DNA of 39,529 nucleotides from Acidobacteriota bacterium (GCA_011773795.1 WVWW01000001.1:15646-55174); one strand, 5' to 3'; numbered from the stretch's first letter, positions 17,138-26,336 are shown. Made by a program: numbers and translations. The notes: a model not told the origin generated them from the letters alone.

Positions 17138-17984
17138 CATGCGCACCATCACGAGCGAGACGACACTGGCGGATCTGGCCGTCACCCAGGCCGGCGCATC
17201 GCGCGTCTTTTACAAGCATGGCCTCGATTTCTGCTGCCACGGCAACATCAGTCTCAAGGAAACCTGCGACAGAAAGGGCATTGATTTCGAGAACATGATC
17301 GAGGAGATCCGTGCGGAAGAACGCTGGGCGGACGATACGTTCGACCGTTGGGACGAGAAACCGCTCGAGGATCTGCTGGATCACATCCTGGACCATTTTC
17401 ACGGGACGCACCGTCAGGATCTCCCGAGGATGATCGAGATGGCCGAGAAGGTCGAGACCATCCATGGCAACAAGCCCGACTGCCCTCACGGATTGACGGA
17501 CCGCCTCCGTGAGTTCGCCGCGGAGCTCGAGCGGCACATGCAAAAGGAAGAGCAAATCTTGTTTCCGATGATACGAGACGGACGAGGCGCGCTGGCCATC
17601 ATGCCGATCCACGTGATGGAGCAAGAGCACGAGGGGGTGGGAGAAATGCTCTTATCTGTGCGCAAGCTGGCCCACGACTTCATCGCGCCGGAGGGAGCGT
17701 GCGCCACATGGCGCGCGCTGTATTCGGGGTTGGCCGATTTTGAGGAAGAGTTGATGCAGCACATCCACCTGGCCTGGAGAACAACGTGTTGTTCCCCAGG
17801 ACGCTACGCCCACGAACCGACTGAGTCGTCGGTGGTTCTTGATACGGGAATTCACTTACAAAACTCCGGCGGCTTCGCGCGGCGGTTCGCTGTAGGATTT
17901 CGAACAGTAGGTTTTCCGTCGGCAATCCTCGACCGGCCGTGCCGGTGTTGCGCGAGGCAACCGCGGGCAACGCACTCGGAGTAG
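17138..17984 (+). CDS. ytfE: Iron-sulfur cluster repair di-iron protein (YtfE/RIC/ScdA family), C-terminus apparently frameshifted
   Basis: GGAGG RBS 7 nt before the ATG at 17138. N-terminal ..GLDFCCHGNISL.. and hemerythrin-like H/E motifs (..LDHILDHFHGTHR.., ..HMQKEEQILFP.., ..MEQEHE..). The conserved terminal motif HIHLENNVLFPR is only recovered by changing frame at 17768-17777. The restored ORF would stop at 17824. Confidence 0.8.
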
Positions 17985-17989
17985 AGTTG

Positions 17990-20056
17990 ATGAGCGAACA
18001 ACAGGATCTTCGGACGGGGTGGGGCTCTCGCCTCGCACGCTTCAGCATGGCTTTGTTCTTGTTCGAAGGGGTCTCGGGATTGGCGATCACCCTGAGTCCG
18101 TTTCATGCAGCCGTTGAATGGAGTGTGTTGCTTCACACCCTTGCCGGGATCGTCATCCTGCTTCCGATCGCGTGGTACTGCGCGGTCCACTGGGACGACT
18201 ATCGACGGTACACGATGTCCCAGGTCGTGTTCCTGGGCTACATCGCGCTTATCGCGCTGTTGATCTGCTCGGTCTCCGGCGTGGTCGTCACCTGGCAGGG
18301 GTTGTTCGCCTTGAGCATGTCCGCCGTCTGGCGCAACGTCCACCTGTATTCGGGGATCGCGGTGCTCGTGGTGACGCTCCCTCACCTGTTCATCCCGCTT
18401 GTACGTATGTGGCGCAAGCGCCAGGCCGTCGATGCGAAGAGATTGATCGTGGTCTCGGTCGGTGTCACCGCGATCGGCTGTCTGGCAGCGTTGGGGTTGT
18501 CGTCGTTCTACTCCGGGACGGAATACGTGAACGAGTTCCCGGAGGACTACGCCTTCCTGTACGGCGAGGATCGGCCGTTCGCGCCGAGCCTGGCCCGCAC
18601 CGAGACCGGCGGGGCATTCGACTCGCGCGTGCTCGCCGGTTCGGATTCCTGCGGAACCAGTGGTTGCCACGCTCAGATACTGGAGGAGTGGAGGCCGAGT
18701 GCTCACGGTTACGCCGCCAAGGATGCCGCGTTCCAGAAGATCCAGTCCATCATGGCGGAGCAGAACGGACCGGAGTCGACGCGCTACTGCGGCGGCTGTC
18801 ACGATCCGATCTCGCTGTTCTCGGGCACGAAGAACATCTTCGTCGAGGACCTGACCGGCCTGCACGGCTACAACGAGGGCGTCTCGTGCCTGTCCTGCCA
18901 CGCGATCCACGAGACCGACCTGCAGGGCAATGCCAACTACGTCGTGTCGCAGCCCTCGGAATACCTCTATCAGTGGGAGTCCGAAGGTTTCAAGCGAGTC
19001 TTGCGCGACTTCCTCATCCGGACCTATCCGGACGAGCACAACAAGCTCAGCAAGCGCATGTACAAGGCGCCCGAGTACTGCGCGGCGTGTCACAAGCAGT
19101 TCATCGACGAGGAGGTCAACAAGGTCGGGTGGGTTCAGCTGCAGAATCAGTACGACAACTGGGCCGCGAGCCACTGGAACCAGGAGGGCAATCCGGAGCG
19201 CACGGTCGAGTGCCGCGAGTGCCACATGCCGCTGGTCGACTCGAACGATCCGGCGTCCGGCGACGCCGCCGACTACAACCGCAGCCCCGACGACGGCAAG
19301 CATCGTAGCCATCGCTTTGTCGCCTCGAACAACGTGATGCCCCAGCTGTTGCAGATCGAGGGCTGGGAAGAACAGGTCCGGCTGACCGAGCTGTGGCTCC
19401 AGGGGCGCTACGAGATTCCGGAGATCAGCGACAAATGGGGTACCGGTCCGATCATCGGGATCGATCTGGAAGCACCCGAAACCATTGCGCCGGGAGAGTC
19501 CATCCCGCTCCGCGTCATCCTGACCTCGAACAAGGTCGGTCACGACTTTCCCACCGGTCCGCTGGACATCATCCAGAGCTGGGTCGAGCTCGAGGTCACC
19601 GACGACCACGGAACGGTGATCTACACCTCCGGGCGCAGGGACGAGCGGAACTACCTCGAGCCCGGAACCTTCCTGTTCAAGGTCGAGCCCGTGGACCAGT
19701 ACGGGAACCTGATCGACCGCCACAACCTGTGGGAGATGGTCGGCGTGCGCTTCCGGCGCGCGCTGTTCCCCGGCTTCACCGACACGGTCGAGTTCGACAT
19801 CGGTTGCCCTTCAGACATTCCGCGACCGCCCGAGGGGGCGGCCACGGACGACTCGGTGGCGGCCCACACGATACCGTCCACTCCTGCGGCGAAAGAGTAT
19901 CGAATCGAGGCCAAGCTCAACTACCGCAAGTTCGACCAGTTCCTGCTGGACTACATGTTCGGTGAGGACGCCGGGCTGACCGCCCCGCCGGTCGAGATCT
20001 CCAGTGCCACGACGACCGTCCGCGTCATGGATCCGTCATCCCGAACCGGGGGATGA
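17990..20056 (+). CDS. Membrane-anchored multihaem cytochrome c with an N-terminal 5-TM cytochrome b-like domain
   Basis: The ATG at 17990 (MSEQQDL..). Five hydrophobic helices carry several intramembrane His (LLHTLAG, NVHLYSG, LPHLF). The periplasmic domain has CGGCH, CLSCH, CAACH and CRECH plus C-x4-CH (SCGTSGCH), and a ..VGHDFPTGPLD.. segment. Confidence 0.75.
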   Translation: MSEQQDLRTGWGSRLARFSMALFLFEGVSGLAITLSPFHAAVEWSVLLHTLAGIVILLPIAWYCAVHWDDYRRYTMSQVVFLGYIALIALLICSVSGVVVTWQGLFALSMSAVWRNVHLYSGIAVLVVTLPHLFIPLVRMWRKRQAVDAKRLIVVSVGVTAIGCLAALGLSSFYSGTEYVNEFPEDYAFLYGEDRPFAPSLARTETGGAFDSRVLAGSDSCGTSGCHAQILEEWRPSAHGYAAKDAAFQKIQSIMAEQNGPESTRYCGGCHDPISLFSGTKNIFVEDLTGLHGYNEGVSCLSCHAIHETDLQGNANYVVSQPSEYLYQWESEGFKRVLRDFLIRTYPDEHNKLSKRMYKAPEYCAACHKQFIDEEVNKVGWVQLQNQYDNWAASHWNQEGNPERTVECRECHMPLVDSNDPASGDAADYNRSPDDGKHRSHRFVASNNVMPQLLQIEGWEEQVRLTELWLQGRYEIPEISDKWGTGPIIGIDLEAPETIAPGESIPLRVILTSNKVGHDFPTGPLDIIQSWVELEVTDDHGTVIYTSGRRDERNYLEPGTFLFKVEPVDQYGNLIDRHNLWEMVGVRFRRALFPGFTDTVEFDIGCPSDIPRPPEGAATDDSVAAHTIPSTPAAKEYRIEAKLNYRKFDQFLLDYMFGEDAGLTAPPVEISSATTTVRVMDPSSRTGG

Positions 20057-22589
20057 CCGGTTGGTCTCGAATCGGAAACGGCCACTCGGAAGACGGCGTC
20101 GAAAGCTTTACGGGACCGTCGCGATCGTCTTTGCGGTCGCGGTCGTCGCCTCGTTGCTGTCCCTTTACGCATTTCGGGCCTCACGTACCGAAGAGTACAG
20201 GACCGGCGAGCAGCACAGCGAGATCACGCGCGCGCTGAGTCGCGACATACCCGATGGCGCGCCGCTACCGCGCTTTGTCGACGTGACGGAGGCCGCGGGG
20301 CTCTCCGGTTTCCGCACGTTCGCGGGTGAACGCACGTCACAACTCCCCGAGGACATGGGTCCGGGTGCCGCCTGGGGCGACTTCGACGGCGACGGCGACG
20401 ACGACCTGTTCCTCGTCAGCGCCGGTGGCCCGCTGACTGCAGCCGAGAACGACCTCGCCCCATCGGAACTGTTCGAGAACCTCGGCGATGGGACCTTCGC
20501 CCGGGTCGAGGAGTTTCCCGAAACGCGCATCGTCGGCATGAGCGCCGCATGGGGCGACCACGACGGCGACGGCGATCTCGACCTCGTCGTCACCGGATAC
20601 GACACACTGCGGCTGTTTCGCAACGATTCCGGGCACTTCGAGCGGGATGACGAGTTCGCGTCACCGCAAGGATACTGGGCGGGGGCGTCGTGGTCCGATT
20701 TCGATCGCGACGGAGACCTGGACCTCTACATCTGCGGCTACGTCCAGTACGTTCCGGACGTGTCCGGGAAGGATCGCATCTCGTCGCAATACGGGCGCCA
20801 GATCCCGTACACGCTGAATCCATCTTCTTACAAGCCGGAACGCAACCTGTTGTTCGTCAACCGAGGCGACGGAACATTCGATGAACAAGCGGAGTCGCGA
20901 GGTGTCTCGAATCCGGACGGTCGTAGTCTCGTCGCGTTGTGGCACGACCTCGACGACGACGGCTGGCCCGATCTCTACGTGGCCAACGACATCTCGGACA
21001 ACGCGCTGTACCTCAACCGCGAAGGCCGGTTCGAGGACGCCAGCCACGCGGCCTGGGTCGCCGACTACCGCGGGGCGATGGGGCTCGCCGCCGGCGACTG
21101 GAACCGCGACGGCGACGACGACCTGTTCGTCACTCACTGGGTCGCGCAGGAAAACGCTTTGTACGATTCCCGCTTCGTCGACGATGCCGGACTCGAGTCT
21201 GCCGAAGGGGCCCCGCTTCGTTTCGTCGACTTTGCCGATCAACGCGGTCTCGGACAGATCGCACTGCGAAGTGTCGGCTGGGGGGCCGAGTTCTTCGACT
21301 TCGATGCGGACGGCTGGCTCGATCTGGCGGTGGCCAACGGCAGCACATTCGAGGAGCAGACGGTGCCCCGGCACCTGACACCGGAGCTGCCGTTCCTGTT
21401 CTGGAACGATCACGGCCGTTTCTTTCACGACCTGGCACCGCTCAGCGACCCGTTCGCCGTTCCGCGCGTGGCCCGCGGACTGGCGCTCGCGGACTATGAC
21501 AACGACGGAGACATCGACGTCCTGCTGATCGACGGAGATGGCGGCGGCGTGCGACTACTGCGCAACGAAACGGAGCAGGGTAACTGGGTGCAGCTGAGCC
21601 TGCGAGCCCGTGTCGAGAACGGGTACGGACCCGCCGAAGGAGCCCGTGTCGTCGCCGTCGCGGGGGACGTGGCCCATCGACGCGCGGTTTCCGGAGTTTC
21701 CTACCTCTCGCAGAGCAGTCGCCGGCTGCACGTCGGGCTCGGTCCCGACCGGCTGGAATCCGTCGAGGTGCACTGGCCCGGGGGTAGCGTTCAGCATGTG
21801 ACCGGGCTGACCGGGCGGTCGATCTGGGAAATCCGCGAGGGCGAGCCGGAACCGCGCCTCCTCGCCGCGCCACGACCGCCGTTGACACGCGAGCAGGTAT
21901 CCGAATTCTGGAACGTGCAGCGCGCGGCGGTTCATGCCATGAAGGCCGAAGAGGACCTCGTGACCGCCATCGATCTCTTCCACCGGGCCCTCGAGATCGA
22001 TCCGACCCACGAAGACTCGATCTACTACCTCGGCAATTGCCTGGCGGAAAGGGGCGAGCTTGACGCGGCCCTACGGCGCTTCGAGGCCCTGATGCGGCTC
22101 AATCGGAGCAGTCATCGGGCCTTCAAGCGGTGGGGCACGTTGCGCGCCATGAGCGCGACCTCCTCCGTGGCATTGAAGGAGGCGGAGGAAGCGCTAGCCC
22201 GCGCCGTCGAGATCAACCCGGAGGCGACCGGCGCGCGCATGGTCCTGGCCGAAACGAAGATCGTGCAGGGGGACCTCGAGGCCGCGAGGCAGAGCCTGCG
22301 CTGGATCCACGGCACGAACCCGTCGGCCGGGGACGCCTTGTTCCTGCTTGCCTACCTCGACTGGAGACAGGGGGACTCGCGAGGCGCGCGGGATCTCCTC
22401 CGGCGAGCCGCGGAAACCGGGGAAGACTGGCGGCCCGAGGGCGCCGCCGCCGAGGGCGACGTGAAGCGCACGATGCATCGCGAGACCACGTTGTTCGCCG
22501 GAATCTACGCGTCGTGGGACCGATCGACCGATCCGGGCCCCGCCTTCGCGGCGCTGGAAGAGTCCGTGCGCGGCTACCGTCGTTTCTGA
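20004..22589 (+). CDS. Membrane-anchored FG-GAP/VCBS beta-propeller + UnbV/ASPIC + TPR protein (CRTAC1-like)
   Basis: At least seven Ca-binding-type repeats (GDFDGDGDDDLFLV, GDHDGDGDLDLVV, SDFDRDGDLDLYI, HDLDDDGWPDLYVAND, GDWNRDGDDDLFVTHW, FDFDADGWLDLAVANG, ADYDNDGDIDVLLID). An UnbV/ASPIC-like segment (..VSGVSYLSQSSRRLHVGLG..VEVHWPGG..), then TPR-like helices. N-terminal TM anchor. The start is uncertain: GTG 20004 overlaps the upstream gene, or TTG 20061. Confidence 0.8.
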   Translation: MPRRPSASWIRHPEPGDDRLVSNRKRPLGRRRRKLYGTVAIVFAVAVVASLLSLYAFRASRTEEYRTGEQHSEITRALSRDIPDGAPLPRFVDVTEAAGLSGFRTFAGERTSQLPEDMGPGAAWGDFDGDGDDDLFLVSAGGPLTAAENDLAPSELFENLGDGTFARVEEFPETRIVGMSAAWGDHDGDGDLDLVVTGYDTLRLFRNDSGHFERDDEFASPQGYWAGASWSDFDRDGDLDLYICGYVQYVPDVSGKDRISSQYGRQIPYTLNPSSYKPERNLLFVNRGDGTFDEQAESRGVSNPDGRSLVALWHDLDDDGWPDLYVANDISDNALYLNREGRFEDASHAAWVADYRGAMGLAAGDWNRDGDDDLFVTHWVAQENALYDSRFVDDAGLESAEGAPLRFVDFADQRGLGQIALRSVGWGAEFFDFDADGWLDLAVANGSTFEEQTVPRHLTPELPFLFWNDHGRFFHDLAPLSDPFAVPRVARGLALADYDNDGDIDVLLIDGDGGGVRLLRNETEQGNWVQLSLRARVENGYGPAEGARVVAVAGDVAHRRAVSGVSYLSQSSRRLHVGLGPDRLESVEVHWPGGSVQHVTGLTGRSIWEIREGEPEPRLLAAPRPPLTREQVSEFWNVQRAAVHAMKAEEDLVTAIDLFHRALEIDPTHEDSIYYLGNCLAERGELDAALRRFEALMRLNRSSHRAFKRWGTLRAMSATSSVALKEAEEALARAVEINPEATGARMVLAETKIVQGDLEAARQSLRWIHGTNPSAGDALFLLAYLDWRQGDSRGARDLLRRAAETGEDWRPEGAAAEGDVKRTMHRETTLFAGIYASWDRSTDPGPAFAALEESVRGYRRF

Positions 22590-22700
22590 CGAACCCGCGT
22601 CGGATCCGTACGGGATTCCCGAATGGCGCGGACGGGAAGTCATAATGGCTCCGTCCGTGAGCACCCGTTAAATTCCTCGGGACCAACGAAGGAAATTGAC

Positions 22701-23936
22701 GTGAGATCGAGAATTCGTGTGTTCGTGACCACTTTCTGTTTGGTCACGTCCTTCGTGCTCCCCGCGAACCTGTTCGCGGCCGACTCGAACGGTTCTTCCG
22801 ACGAGTGGAGTGTCGATGCCAAGATCGACGCGCGGTTGCGCTACGAGTACGTCGACGACGATGCGGCCACCGACCAGGCCAACGCGACGACGTTACGCAC
22901 GCGCGCGGCCCTCGAGGCCAGGCGTTCGCGCTGGGGTCTCGGACTCGAGTTCGAGGACATCAGCGCTATCGGGAGCGCGCGCTTCAACGACACGGCCAAC
23001 GGCCGGACCAGGTTCGCCACGGTCGCCGATCCGGAGGCGACGGAGGTCAACCGCGCCTGGCTGAGTTACAAGGCGCCGAAGTCGATCGGGGTCACGCTCG
23101 GGCGGCAGCGCATCAACCGCGATGGCGGCCGCATCATCGGCGATGTCGGGTGGCGCCAGAACCAGCAGACCTACGACGCCGTGACCGCGGAGCGAAGCGC
23201 CGGGAGGTATCGATTCTTCGGCGGGTACCTGGCACAGGCCAACAGGATCTTCGGCGACGACCACCCCAGCGCTCTCAGTCGTCAGTTCGAGCTCGACGGC
23301 TGGGTCGGCGAGGGCAGTGTCGTCCTCGGGCCGGGGACGGTGACGGCGGTGCTGCATTACTTCGAATTCGAAAACGATCCGCTACGCTCGCACCGCAACG
23401 TGGGTCTGCGCTGGATCGGGAAGCACGAGTTGAACGACAAGCGGCACATCCGCTATCGCGCGGAGTGGATCGACCAGGAACCCCACTCCAACGGTGCGGC
23501 GATCAACGAGGCAGAGTACCTCGCCCTGGAGGTGGGCTATGAAGCCAGGCGCTGGGGCGTCGGCGCGAACCTCGAGCAGCTCGGCGGAGACGGGATGTAC
23601 GGATTCCAGCGACCGCTGGCCACGCTGCACGCCTACAACGGCTGGGCCGATCGTTTCCTCAACACACCCGCAGACGGCCTGGTCGATGTCTTTCTGAACG
23701 CCCGGTTCTCGTTCGAGAAATTCGTCTTGAAAGCCCAGTACCACAGCTTCGAGGCCGACAACGGCAGCGCCGACTACGGGGACGAGTTCGGTCTCGCGCT
23801 GTCGCGCAAGCTCTGTGAGCGTGTGGACGCCGTGTTCAAGTACGCCCACCACGACGCGGACGGCATTGCGCCCGACGTGCAGAAGGTCTGGCTGAGTGTC
23901 CGTCTGCTGGAGTCGTTCGACTTGCGCCGGAAATAG
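22701..23936 (+). CDS. Outer-membrane beta-barrel porin, alginate-export (AlgE)-like
   Basis: The GTG at 22701 gives a signal peptide (..FVLPANLFA|AD). The mature N-terminus ..WSVDAKIDARLRYEYVDD.. and repeated ..GRQRI..GD.RW.. style strands resemble the alginate-export porin family. Confidence 0.6.
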   Translation: MRSRIRVFVTTFCLVTSFVLPANLFAADSNGSSDEWSVDAKIDARLRYEYVDDDAATDQANATTLRTRAALEARRSRWGLGLEFEDISAIGSARFNDTANGRTRFATVADPEATEVNRAWLSYKAPKSIGVTLGRQRINRDGGRIIGDVGWRQNQQTYDAVTAERSAGRYRFFGGYLAQANRIFGDDHPSALSRQFELDGWVGEGSVVLGPGTVTAVLHYFEFENDPLRSHRNVGLRWIGKHELNDKRHIRYRAEWIDQEPHSNGAAINEAEYLALEVGYEARRWGVGANLEQLGGDGMYGFQRPLATLHAYNGWADRFLNTPADGLVDVFLNARFSFEKFVLKAQYHSFEADNGSADYGDEFGLALSRKLCERVDAVFKYAHHDADGIAPDVQKVWLSVRLLESFDLRRK

Positions 23937-23945
23937 AGGGTTTGA

Positions 23946-25928
23946 TCAGGAGTCGGACGCGACGGTGTCTCCGTTCTGCGCGTGGTTGAGGAACCGCCGC
24001 AGCAACGGGGTAGCGATGCGGACGAGGTCGCGCTCCGTCAAGATCCCGACCAGCTCGCCATGATCGTTGACGACCGGTAGGCAGCTGACCTCGTTCTTCC
24101 CCATCAGCTCGATCGCGTCGAGCGTGGGCGTGTCGGGTGTGACCACGATCACCTCGGTGGCCATGATGTCTCGCGCTCGCATCGAGGAAGATTCGCCCGC
24201 GGTTGCCTGACGAGACAGGACGCGCAGCAACACGCGGTGCGAGATCAACCCGACGAGCCGCTGGCGCTCGTCCTCCACCGGGACGTGGCGCACGTGCTTC
24301 CAGTCCATCACGTGGGCCGCCAGGTGAATCAGCTCGTCGGGGTGGATGGTGAACAGGTCCGTGGTCATGATCTGATCGACGGTCGCGCAGTACTTTCCGG
24401 TCGGCCGGGAAGGCTCGAGCGTGGGCCACTCGTGAACGGGCTTGCCGCTTTGCTGGTGCGCGTGCATCTCCTGAACCAGACCTGCCGCACGCCCGGATAT
24501 GGTGTCGACTTCACTCAGCATGTCGTGAGAGCGCACGAGCCAGTTCGCTCCGGTCGTACGCGTGTCGACACGCGCCTCGATGATGTCGAGGTACCGATCG
24601 ATGTCGTCCGCGGCGCAGCCGTGATCGAGTAACCCCTCTCGCGCGAGCGGGATGAGCTCGTCGAGCAACAACCGCTGTGCGGTGATCTGCTTGCCGTCGA
24701 GCCACAGGAACTGCGCCGCCAGACCGGAGCGCGCAGCACGCAAAAAATTCCTCCGGACGGCGCCGAACGGCAACAGATCGGCCGGGTTCTCGAACCGCTT
24801 CGAGGCTCCAACCATCAGACCCAGCCACAGCGCCGCGTTGGCCACCTCGTCGACGATGCTGGGGCCCGCCGGGATGTAGCGGCACTCGATGCGCAGGTGC
24901 GGTCGGCCCTCGGAGACGCCGTAACAGGGACGGTTCCAGCGGTACACGGTTCCGTTGTGCTGGCGCAGCGCGAGCAACTGCGGGACGCGCCCGGCTGCCA
25001 GCTCACCGATAGAGTTCTCGCCGAGCCCCCCTCCGAACAGCGTCCGGAAACGTGCGATGTCCTCCTCGAAGACCTCGACGGCCGAACGCTCCAGCCAGCG
25101 CGCCCCGAAGCTCACCCGCGGCGGTTTGGAGCGGAACTGCGCCAGGTGAGGCGAACGCTCATCGGTTCCCTGCTGGAACAGGGCGATCCGGGTTTCGGAC
25201 CACAGCTGACGATCGAACAGGACCGGTGAGTTGGTCGTCGCAGCGAGCACCGGTCCCGAGATCATCTGTGCGACGTTATAGCGATGGATGAAATCCTGAC
25301 CCGAGACCTGCAGGTGAATCTGAAAGCTGGTGTTGCAGGCCTCCAGCATGACGTTGTCGTGGCGCAGCATCATCTCGTCACGACCCTTGATCCGCAGATC
25401 GTAGGGACCTCCGCGAAGCCGGGTCATGGTCTCGTTGAGCTGCCGGTAACGCTCTGCCGGAGTCATGTAGCCCAACGAGACGTGTTGACGCGACAGCGTC
25501 GGCAGGATTCCCGCGAGAACGATCGAGCCGCCGTGATTCCGCGCGGCCGCCTCCGCCTTGGCGATGGAGTTGCGTAACTGGGTTTCGAGATCGGTGAGGC
25601 AATCCTCGCTCAAGACGAGCGGATCGAGGTTGACTTCCAGGTTGTAGCGCGCCAGCTCCGTCGTGAAATGGGAGTCGTCGAGTTCTTCGAGGAGCTCCGA
25701 GGACAACGGTGCGGGCATCCAGTTGCGGTCGACGATGAACAGCTCCTGCTCGGCGCCGATGCGGCAAACGTCGGACTCGATCTGGTCCTCGGCGACCATC
25801 CGCTCGAGGGCCTGCAGATCGCGCAGCAGCTCACGCGTGAACTCGCGATGATCCCCCCTGCCGGGCTTCTTGTGAGACGAGTCCCGGGCGCTGTCTGGAT
25901 TCGACGTGGATCGATCCGTCATTCGCAA
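23946..25928 (-). CDS. Glutamate-cysteine-ligase family 2 (carboxylate-amine ligase)-like domain fused to a C-terminal CBS pair
   Basis: The N-terminal ~480 aa carry ..RIGAEQELFIVD.., ..LEACNTSFQIHLQV.. style GCS2 motifs. The C-terminal ~140 aa contain two CBS repeats (..VDQIMTTDLFTI..HVPVEDERQRLVGLISHRVLL.. and ..ARDIMATEVIVV..CLPVVNDHGELVGILTERDLV..). Confidence 0.65.
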   Translation of the reverse strand: MRMTDRSTSNPDSARDSSHKKPGRGDHREFTRELLRDLQALERMVAEDQIESDVCRIGAEQELFIVDRNWMPAPLSSELLEELDDSHFTTELARYNLEVNLDPLVLSEDCLTDLETQLRNSIAKAEAAARNHGGSIVLAGILPTLSRQHVSLGYMTPAERYRQLNETMTRLRGGPYDLRIKGRDEMMLRHDNVMLEACNTSFQIHLQVSGQDFIHRYNVAQMISGPVLAATTNSPVLFDRQLWSETRIALFQQGTDERSPHLAQFRSKPPRVSFGARWLERSAVEVFEEDIARFRTLFGGGLGENSIGELAAGRVPQLLALRQHNGTVYRWNRPCYGVSEGRPHLRIECRYIPAGPSIVDEVANAALWLGLMVGASKRFENPADLLPFGAVRRNFLRAARSGLAAQFLWLDGKQITAQRLLLDELIPLAREGLLDHGCAADDIDRYLDIIEARVDTRTTGANWLVRSHDMLSEVDTISGRAAGLVQEMHAHQQSGKPVHEWPTLEPSRPTGKYCATVDQIMTTDLFTIHPDELIHLAAHVMDWKHVRHVPVEDERQRLVGLISHRVLLRVLSRQATAGESSSMRARDIMATEVIVVTPDTPTLDAIELMGKNEVSCLPVVNDHGELVGILTERDLVRIATPLLRRFLNHAQNGDTVASDS

Positions 25929-26011
25929 CCCCTAGCAAAAGCTACGCGTCCGTCTCGTGTCCCGATATCGGGGAAACCCGAAACCGGATTTGCCCGTATT
26001 TGAGGACAAAA

Positions 26012-26029
26012 ATGATGCGCCCGCATCAT
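26012..26029. promoter_or_regulatory. Perfect inverted repeat ATGATGCG-cc-CGCATCAT in a divergent intergenic region
   Basis: 8-bp arms with a 2-nt spacer, about 85 nt upstream of the minus-strand GCS2-CBS gene. Candidate operator; no protein is assigned. Confidence 0.3.
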
Positions 26030-26218
26030 GCGTCCTGCCGGCGACGGCGGTAGCCTGACTTCGTTCCGGGTATCGAGATCTTCGGGACCGAGCCTCTGTG
26101 TGTGGCCAAGCTCAGCGATGATCCCTTCCCCCCCCCGGATGAGGGAACGCATGAACGCCGCCCATCTCGACCACGCGGTGAACTTCTAGGCGGCGAGACA
26201 TCACGCAGAGCTCGGTAC

Positions 26219-26267
26219 GCACCGTGGGGCCCGACGGCCGAATCGGGGCCCTGCGGTGCGGTTTTTT
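26219..26267 (+). terminator. Canonical intrinsic terminator (14-16 bp GC stem + T6) inside the leader of the PAS-LuxR gene
   Basis: GCACCGTGGGGCCC (26219-26232) pairs with GGGCCCTGCGGTGC (26246-26259): 12 Watson-Crick pairs plus 2 G-U pairs. It is followed by GG TTTTTT (26262-26267). The T-run occurs only on the + strand. Confidence 0.6.
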
Positions 26268-26336
26268 GTGGTTCGGGAATCCACCATGACAAACGGCCCG
26301 GCCGGCGGCTACCCTTGGGCGTAGAGGCTTGGCAAC

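Noticed and set aside
17852-19723. 623-aa minus-strand ORF antisense to the multihaem cytochrome gene
   Set aside because: The plus strand encodes TM helices plus multiple CxxCH motifs. The antisense product is low-complexity and lacks an RBS or any motifs.
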